A DNA stretch of 64,000 bases, from NCBI GenBank assembly GCA_012295275.1, contig CM022670.1:4402001-4466000 (forward strand). The letters are read 5' to 3'. The DNA comes from Chrysomallon squamiferum (taxonomy: Eukaryota > Animalia > Mollusca). The notes beneath the pieces were generated by a model, which was not told the origin of the DNA, made no database searches, and was given only the letters and a program-made list of their open reading frames with translations. A program made the translations under genes and the position numbers. This document shows, one piece after another, positions 54,384-64,000 of this stretch. The first letter of the stretch is position 1; each line of letters opens with the position of its first letter.

Positions 54384-55833
54384 ATCCTTTTTTTTTTTTT
54401 TTTTATCGTTTTCCTTTCTTCATAAGTAAATAAATAAATACAGGTGTATAAATTATTATCTTTATTGTTCACAAATACCAATAATCCATCACCGTACCTC
54501 TTGCTACTACTACTTCTTATATTTTAATACCTTTAAGTATAAACTGAATAATTATCATCATCGTCGTCTCTGTCTTACGCTTCGTTTTGCATAGCAGTAA
54601 CATTCACATCTGACTCTCTTTAAACGTGTAACTCGCTACGTATCAACTTAGTCCAGTAAAAGCTGATAGAAATAACTTCCCTTTGTTTGATCGATGAATT
54701 ATTTTCCGCCGCGTCAACATATTGACATATACCTACAAGAATGTAACAGTTGTTTCCCTTTAATTATTGCGGTCTACTTACTTACCACCACTTGTTAACA
54801 TAGGATCTTTGTCATAAGCTTTCGTGAAAGGTATAGCGGTATCTGGGCATTAACGCTGTTTTTAATGGAGGTTTTATGAAGACATATTAGACTGACATAT
54901 TTCATTATTTCATTATGAATTTATTATCCGATTAATACTGTCATATATGTTTCTGCTTTCCCGTCGACCGACCAAACAAAGATTATCTGGTAATTTCACA
55001 TAGTTATATACATATACATAAATCAATGCACACATACCAACAATCTGGAGAACATAAATTATAATAAATTGAAGAAACTGTAAGCAATTAATATTAATAG
55101 TTTTCGTGCATGCATTTAAGTATGTAAAAATCTGAAATTAGAGGGGCAGAAGCAAATAAAAAAGGAAAGAATGAAAGAAAGAAAACAAAAACCAACAAAA
55201 TCCAAGCATTGATCACGGAAATAAACGAAACTCTGAATGGGTGACTGATGACTAATGAATGAATGATGAATCGCTGGATGACGAGTGATTCAAAAAGTGA
55301 ATAATGAATGATGAATGACTGATGAGTGATTCAACGAATCATGAATAATGAAAGAATTATGTAAAGCTTGTTTAGCGCATACATATTTATCACGTATCTC
55401 TCAGAAGACTGTTTAACGAGAGAGGAAACTATGTGATCTATTCCTGCTGTATACACTAATGTATGCAGTTTTGTCATAACAGAAAATAAACCTGAATATT
55501 TAATTAACGATCTGAATAAATGAATGTTTAACGACACCTCTGTATATTGTTTGCATTATCTTTTATTAATTCTCGTCATGTCATTTCAAAATGACAGTAT
55601 GAAAGAAGAAATCTGCTGTGTCCAGTTTTACAGTTTCGTCTAATAAGCAGTACCCAAAGGATGCCTCGACATACACAGACTCACTGGTTCCTGAGTAATG
55701 TACCAGTAATTGTTGTCTAGAACCATAATCTTCGATTCTTTTTTAGAATTTAGAAGCCATAGCTATATCTTCATTACAATCATCATCATCATCACAATTA
55801 TTATTATTATTATTTATTTATTTTTTTTTTTTA

Positions 55834-55928
<95 letters not shown>

Positions 55929-58613
55929 GGAGACATTCTTTAATATCATTGAAAAATAAGTATAGAAAGATCAAAGAATATGTGTCTGCCGAAATTCAAA
56001 CAATTGTCTTCAGACCTGCTAATACTTTTTCTTCTTTTGTCATCTTAACCTGTAATTCCGAGTAAAATAATTCTGTTATTCTATTCCTGGAGCAAGTGAC
56101 TTTAACTTGACATTTCGTTTCTATTAAGTTTATCGTATACGCCGTGCTTCACTGAGACAAATTGTATTCGATTATCGGGATCCCTTTAGTTGTTAATACG
56201 GAATCGCTTTGTCCAAATGTTTTCAGAGATAATGGACGCAGGAGTGTATTTATTCTAAAAACATTTTTCTTTTCGTTCTTATTTTATAAGGGAATGTCAT
56301 CGAAATATTTGCTAAAAGTCAGAACGTCTTAGTGGGCCATCTGAGGACAAGGCACAAGTGTTTTGAGATCGCGGTGCACATGAAGCAGTAATTCAATTTG
56401 TAACTGTGTCGTAGAATAACAGAAAAGAAGAAACTGGGAGAAAGAAAAAAAACATTAATGAAGAAAACAAGAAGACAGGAAAACAAGGAAGATCGGAGAG
56501 TGAATAAAACAGAGAAAGCGAAACAGAAGAAAGAAAAATCGAAGGAGGAAAACAAAATGGAAAAAGGAAGAGGAAAAATGAAGAAGTAGAAAACAAAGAA
56601 AACGAAGAATATTGAAGAAGAAGAAGAAGAAGAAGAAGAAGAAGAAGAAGAAGACATGAAAGTAGTAATGTGCATAAATATAAGGACAGGAATAAATAAA
56701 TAAATTATATCATACAGTTTTGCTAAGAGTCCTTTTTCAGTCTTGTTTGTAATAGAATAAACTTTATTAATTTTCAAATGAAATACAAGATTCTAGCAAA
56801 CGGCAAGACGTAAGTCAATATAACAACCTATTTACTATTTATTTTAAAGATAGCTATATAAACAACACAGCATTTTGATTTAGAATATAACTGCTACTGA
56901 AATTTTCTTCACAATCCCCACGCAAATAACAACAATAATAATAATAATAATAATAATAAATAATAACAAAAATATGTTGATCATAATAATTTTAAGTTTT
57001 TATTAAGTCCATTCAAATAAAAGTAGCAAAACAGAAAAAAAAAACCAATAGTAAGAAGCTACTAAATAATATACAGGTTTTTAAAAGCAGTACGAGAGAA
57101 ATAAATATATAAAAAAATAATACCAACAGCAATAAAATTAAAAAACAACATCAAAACAGTACGTAATGGTTTATCTTAGCAACAATCCTTACTCCTGTCG
57201 CCAGTTTTACCACCGCTTACACATATCAAATTTAAGTGCTGATCAAAAATTGATTCTGCTTTTCCAACTCTTCAATACTAAATAGCAAATTGATGCTAAT
57301 ATTTTCAGAATAAGATAAAACGGTTCCCATGGGATTTCATTAGGAAAATGTTTCAAATTACGCACTGTATACAAAACTCCTGTTCCCAGATTATGGCATT
57401 AGTCGTCTCCGTCGAAGATGTTTCATCAATTATTTACAGAAATGTTTTAAAATATTTAAGGAGATTTCGCTTGGCCGCGCCATGTTTTTTGTATTGAGAA
57501 ACGCGCGCGCTAAAACGCTCTGACGACTCTCCGCGAAGTGATCACGTGATGCGTTTTATTGGCGGTCTCATGCCCGAGTTTTGTGTTTGTGGTTACTCAA
57601 AAAAGCCACTTGGTGGCGCGAACGGAATGCTGTGTTTCTTCGCACTTTTCGGTTGTAAGCATGAAATGTTTAAAGAGCGATTTGACTTGACGACTTCTGC
57701 TAACGATTCAGTAAGCATGCAATCATCAGTATCATGATTTGACTCCATCAATGTAGAATCTAAATTTAATTATAGTAAATGAAGTGAACTTGTTTTTTGT
57801 TTTTCTTTCTTTCTTTCTTTTCTCTTCTCTCTCTCGTCATCCGATCCTTATGTCATTTGATCCAAAAATACTTAAAAAAAAAAAAAAAAAAAAAACACCC
57901 AACAAAGTCTCAACTCGTTAACATCTCTCAATCGACCCTCAACGCACCACTGCCCGTCATTTAGACAAGATGGCCTCAACCACTAGCTCTATTAACTACG
58001 CCAACATCATTAGACGCCGTTGTTGTGGACGTAAATTATGGAAATGACAGCTCCATTTCAATCAGCGGCACTGCTGGTTATTTTACCAGTTTCAAACAGA
58101 TGTCATTAATCTTTGAAAGTCAAACATTTTCTGGAGAAGGACAGAACTGTATTGCCGAACAGAAGATGAAGTCGATGCGGCTAACCAACGCAAATTTGTT
58201 CTGATAAGGGATTGGTTAAACTTCTGCTGGAGCTAAAGTAAATACAGCGGTGTCGCTAATGGCTGTGACGTCGTCGTTAAGATGATGTCTGCGAATTTAT
58301 TTTGTTTGATTAGGGTAAAGTTAAAACTTTTGAAGTTTTCTTTTTTCTTCTTTCTTTGTTGTTTAGAGAAGGAGGCAAAACATTATAATTATTGTTAGTA
58401 GTTGTAGTTATTGTTGTTGTTGCAGTAATATTAACATTATTATCGTCGTAATCATCATCGTCATCATCATCATATTATTAATTATTTTATTTATTTATTT
58501 TTATCTATTTATCTATTTGTCTGTATGTCTATTTATTTATTTTACCTAGTTTTATAGTTTTTGTAATTTGATATTTAAAATACTTGTGTTAATGGTTTTA
58601 TAATCATTATAGA

Positions 58614-58615
<2 letters not shown>

Positions 58616-58688
<73 letters not shown>
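58616..58688. repeat. (AC)n microsatellite
   Basis: Direct reading. Confidence 0.97.
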
Positions 58689-58690
<2 letters not shown>

Positions 58691-59410
58691 AGACACACGC
58701 ACACAACGTAATAATAATGTGATGATGATGGTAATTCATACCAGAAACTAATATTTGTGCTTGCGTAATTATTAATGTACGGTATCACATTCGACAAAAA
58801 CATAATTAAATAACTGGACTGAGCTACTGAGCGCGACGACAACGTTAATCACACGAAATGGAAAGTTGAAGCAGACGCGTTGTTGTGAAGTGACGTGAAA
58901 ATAATATGTTATAATGCATTCAGAACTGCATCTGTTGAACAGTCTCTAATTCTGTGGCAATTGTAGATATTTTGTGAATGAATTCATACGGACAGAAGCT
59001 TAGACACACATACATACATACATGCGTGCGTACGTACATAAATACATACGTATATACACACACATATAAGCATATACTACATACAGACATATACATGCCT
59101 GTACACTCAAACCTAACATACGTACTCATATATAAAAAAATATAAAAAAAATAAAATAAAATTAATTAAAAAAAATAAATAAATAATAATAATAATAATA
59201 ATAAAATAATAAAAAAAATAATAATAATTTCAATTAAAATGAATCTTATATTTTGCACAGCTCTTAACACTGTGATTTATAAACGTTTTAAATGTTTGTG
59301 CCATTTTGATATTTAATTTTAATTAAATCATTTTCATACCTCTGCTGATCCGTTTTTAGTATTGGAGCGTCCTTAAACATTCATTCATGGACTGCATCAG
59401 TGAGTGAATG

Positions 59411-59413
<3 letters not shown>

Positions 59414-59463
<50 letters not shown>

Positions 59464-59482
59464 ACACACACACACACACACA
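59414..59482. repeat. (CA)n microsatellite
   Basis: Direct reading. Confidence 0.97.
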
Positions 59483-62400
59483 AGTATGTGTAATGAAATA
59501 ATTACTAAAAAGCATTAGTAGTGGAAAACTGCATTTGAAAATCCCTTGCTAATCAATAGTCATAAAAATTCAAAATTATCGCACAGTCTCATATTAACAA
59601 ATGACTGATGCTGATTAATCTTTTTTTTTTTTTTTTTTTCTTTGTCATTAAGCTAGCATTAGTTTACGGTCTCTTACTCAAACTGCATATTAAATGAACC
59701 GAAAAGAAACTTTGGTGATTTGGATGTCACAGAACATTAACAATGCCTCTAGTATAACACTGTACAGTTGTTTACGTGACAAATTCATAATTTTCATTTT
59801 AGACACTGTTAGCTTACGTAAACAGCAACTGTGTTTTAAAAACACGATACCTGTTTCTGCTAGTTGGTTTGAACTCTGTGTTACCTCCCCTCCCCACGAC
59901 TGTCACCTGTATGTTTCAACATGTGTTGATCGTTTCTCCGTATCGTCTGCTTCGGTCGATGGAAAGCCGCGTGCTGCAGTCGAAAGCAGACGGCACGACC
60001 GAAGCGCACCTCGTGAGAACCTGGCTTTTGTTTTATTTGACCGAGCTTGTCAGGGGAGAACTTTGATCCGTGGTTCGCAGGAAAGGGGCGAACAAATTTG
60101 TTCTTTTTTTGTGTGTGGCATGGTAAAGTGTCATATGCTGAAAAGTAAAAAGTAAACTTCTCTTCTTGTTTTGTTTTTTTTGTTCTGTGACGGGGAAGAA
60201 AAAAAAAAAAGAAGAAAAAAAAAGAACATGGGTAAGAACCATAATGCGACCCATGCTTTCGCGTTTTAACCGTAGTAAATAAAATACAGAAAAAAAACCT
60301 GTGAGATCTGAGAATCGAACTCTGTTGCCTTTATCATGTGGTGAACTGTATGAAAAAAGGGGGGAATAAAAGAGTGAAAGAAAATAAAGCATCACATCTG
60401 TTTTCTGTGTTTTGAAATCTCACAGTGTTAGGTCAAAAGAAACCCATTTCTTGCAAAGTTTGCTTATTCTTAATTTTAAACATAATGAAGAAAAAATAAT
60501 TTATATTATTACTGACAAAATCTTGCTCAGAAGTAATTTTAAAATTGGTGGGGGTCAACGATGCCTGTATTTTTAACAGTGGGGGGGGGCACGACTGAAT
60601 AAAAACAATGCAGAAACGGGCTAATTAATTTTTCACCACTGACGTACATCTGGATTAAGGTCGGATGACCATTCGTATTTATTTAGGTGTGGCACTAGGT
60701 TGGGTAATTTGTATGAGTAATAATATTATATATTGTATCATAAAATGTAATGCTTTATATCAGGCCATATGAAATAAATTCCTTGTTCAGTAGTATTGGA
60801 AGAAAAAATATTCGTCCAGGCAATTTATATTTTGTAATTTTTATTCAGTTTTTCTAGGAAACTCATCAACTTTCTTAAAATGAAAGTCCATCAGATCAAT
60901 TTATAATATATAATTTTCTCTTTAAAAAGTGATTAAAGTGCTCCTGATGAAACTTTCCAATAACTGAACATGAACAGCAAAATATAAGAATTAACCGTGT
61001 ACTTGATAGTTATGCGCAAATAAATGAAATTTATTTGATCCAGCTTTTATATAATTATGTAGAACGATATCGAACAAGATTTAGGGTAAGATTCTTTTAG
61101 CTGCTTTTATTTCGAAAGCGAAGTTCCCACAAATATATTTATTTATCATCAGGCATGTGACAGATAAATTGGAATCTTGGGAAATATTTAAATTACTGCT
61201 GTCAGTTTTATATAAATCAGAGTCGTTTTATGAAGGCCGCAGCAATCTATTAATTTGAAATCTATTCCAGTGGGCTGTGAGTGAATGCAGATAAGCGACA
61301 TAGCTTTTAAAAAACAAACAACCAAAAACAACAAGAAAAACAAAAAAAGGAATTACTAGAATTGCCTTTTCGAGTTACTGATATTTAATATCGTTATTGA
61401 AGAAACCCAGAAATGTTTTGTTAAGCATTCATTATGGAATAAATGCAATGAAATAATAGAACAGTGAATAATTATTAGCCAGTCTTAGTGAGGATGAAAT
61501 ATCTTTATTCTAGCCATTGTCTCTCTTCTTCCACTTCAGAAAATAGCATTACCTTTAATTTGTGTGATTTTACGTAATCTGATGTAGCAGTGTTCAAAAC
61601 AATTCTATTGTTCAGTTCATCCTCTTTGAACAAAATTTCTCTCTTTTTTTTTTTTTTTTTTTTAATCGGCGATATCTTGCTTAAAATTATTTTCATTCGT
61701 TTGACATTCGTTAAAATTAACAAAAAGATGTCCTGGATCTTGCATGATTTCTTCTCAAACTGCCATGGAGATCAATGCCGCCTTGACAGTTTCAAACAAA
61801 TCTGACACTTTGAAGTTCTCTGTGGCACTTTCTGCACGTTATTCCCGGGGGACAGCGCTCGCCTAATTAGCATAGTTGCGTCTCTCGCGAAGCCAAACAC
61901 GTGTCCAATTTGTGTCTTTGTTTCTGGGAGCTATTCACTGGTGACAACACGGAGATACAGACCAGATGAGCGGGATGCGTAATTCACGTTCATTTATTCT
62001 CAAGTTCTTCAAACGTAAAAAAAAAAAAAAAAAAAAAAACAGAAAGAAAAGAAAATAACACTGAAGCATTGTTAAGGCAAAATAGTTTAATCAAATAATG
62101 TAGAAATACGTAGACGTAACAGTTGGTTATCAAAAAGAATTGCTTGTCCGATGTTTCTCAAGTGCAGAGGAGCCAATGCTTTGTGTGCTGGCACGTTTAG
62201 AGCGATATTCCAATGCTTTAACATTAATAAAACAATGTTAAAATCACAAAAATGTGTGTGTGTGTGTGTGTATATATATTTACACACACACACACATACA
62301 CATACAGATCGACATAAATACATACATGTGTATATATACACACATACCAATTTTAAAATATTTAAAATTTGTTAGATTATTATATTCCCCCCACATTCAT

Positions 62401-62995
62401 CCTGACACAAATGTTATAAATTTAACATTTAGTTTATTAATTTTAAAGCGTTGTTACAAGAAAACTGGAAACTACAAAACTTGGTTTAGACGGTACAAAT
62501 GTGTATATTAGTTTTTGCTTTTCATACGTTTATAATCAGGGGCATAATAATGATATTACTTTCCAGAAAGTATTATTTACTGATATGATATTAATATCGT
62601 ATAATTAGCTAAACACGCCAACGAGACAAATACAAACAACGTACTGTGTATATAAAAAAAGCTATTTGTAAAATAGTATTAATAGCACTTAATAGCACCC
62701 GTGTGATAAATGTATGTACAAAAGACTGAACACAATCTTATGAGGTTAAGACAACATAATATCACTGTAATCATAACGTAAAGCATTACCGTTCAAACAT
62801 TATAGCACACTTAGACTGCACGAAACTTTAGCCAGTGACTGGAGATGACGATGATGGGTGAATCTGTACACAGAATTTAAATAAATGACCTCTAAAATAA
62901 TGTCCTGTTGACAGTATTTTAAGGATTTTGATTAAAACATATATACATGTGTATGTGTGTATGTATAATCAAAATATTTGAAATAATGTGTATGA

Positions 62996-63030
<35 letters not shown>

Positions 63031-63132
63031 CTAGTGGTCTAATTACGTCAGAATTTGCGAAGCTTATGTTCGATAAATTTAAAATACAATTTTTGTTTTC
63101 AATTTAATTTGTTTTATTTTGTGTTGTTACTA

Positions 63133-63185
<53 letters not shown>

Positions 63186-63427
63186 GTTTGTTTCTTTTTT
63201 AATTCTCTCATTCCATATTATAATATAAGAGAAAATTAAATAATCTAATTATCAAATGATAATAAAAGTATTCACTAAAAATTGTAATTAGAAAACTATT
63301 TCGGGAAAATACATATAATAATAATTACTATTATGTGATAAACTGCTTCATCTTCATATTCCATTGCCAAATAAGATACATCGCACACAAATATCCACCA
63401 CATATGTAGCTATATGTATCAGGTAAG

Positions 63428-63770
63428 TATCAAAACTTTGTGATCTACAAATATCAAAACTAGCTTATTGAACGTCAATAATGTAAGCTGCCTGTATTAC
63501 ATAAATACCGTGTGAATATCAAAAAACACTCCGTATCATGGATATATCAAAAGCTGTTTGTATTAAGTGAAAAAGTTTGTTTTGTAAATATCAAATGCTC
63601 TTGAATTAGGCGAATATAAAAAGACGTTTGTGTTGTGTAAACATCAAAAGCTGTTGAATTATGTTAAAATATGAAAAGCTTTCTTTTTCTTCTTCTTTTT
63701 TTTTTTTTTTTTTTTTTAACTTCTTGTAAAATATCAAAAACAATTCGGTAATTCGTATTCATCAAAACCA
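63428..63770. repeat. Degenerate tandem repeat of AATATCAAAA(GCT)
   Basis: About ten recurrences of the motif at irregular ~25-65 bp spacing. Confidence 0.6.
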
Positions 63771-64000
63771 CATAAAACTGCGAACCGGGAAAAGATAGTA
63801 TGAATAAATTACTGAAGTAATATTTAATAGCTATTCATTTTATTCTTTCAATTTTAATTATTATTTTCAAGGGAAAGGAAAATCGAAACCTGTCTCTCAC
63901 TTCTGTTAATATGTAGATATAGTAAACGCTTTTCTGTAAATAGGAAAGCACATTATTTTTTGAAATTCCACAATAATAATAATAATAATAATAATAATAA

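Noticed and set aside
55319-55360. Hammerhead-like core CTGATGA-GTGATTC/GAATCAT-GAA followed by a TAAT/ATTA stem
   Set aside because: A15.1 is T, there is no UH cleavage site and no stem I pairing; it lies in a TGAA-rich local duplication.
59694-60155. 153-aa ORF
   Set aside because: No recognisable domain or exon partners; explained by a locally GC-richer island.
61850-61860. REST/NRSE-like half site GGACAGCGCTC
   Set aside because: Half site only, and REST is not established in protostomes.

Overview
AT-rich, microsatellite-laden animal genomic DNA, inferred to be lophotrochozoan and probably molluscan (not proven). It contains: (1) the last nine coding exons of a furry (FRY/FRYL) gene on + (72-4509, 410 aa here), including an AT-AC minor-spliceosome (U12) intron at 1705-2112 and probably a ~2.1 kb 3'UTR; (2) seven intact intron-containing tRNA-Leu(CAA) genes plus one disrupted copy, with a two-gene block duplicated in inverted orientation and one copy antisense inside a protocadherin intron; (3) a 7-cadherin-repeat, delta1-like protocadherin on + (CDS exons 35356-38100, 42674-42794, 43735-44237; 1122 aa) whose tail carries WIRS, CM1-like, RVxF and STTTSGSY motifs. 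Long non-coding flanks contain CpG-richer islands, several ending in + strand splice-donor matches, that may be alternative promoters or 5'UTR exons. The best-supported unusual signals are the U12 intron and compensatory base-pair changes in the tRNA introns. The multi-promoter, CTCF and tDNA-boundary ideas are hypotheses. Nearly all other ORFs in the track are microsatellite or shadow artefacts. I cannot claim a demonstrably new system from sequence alone.
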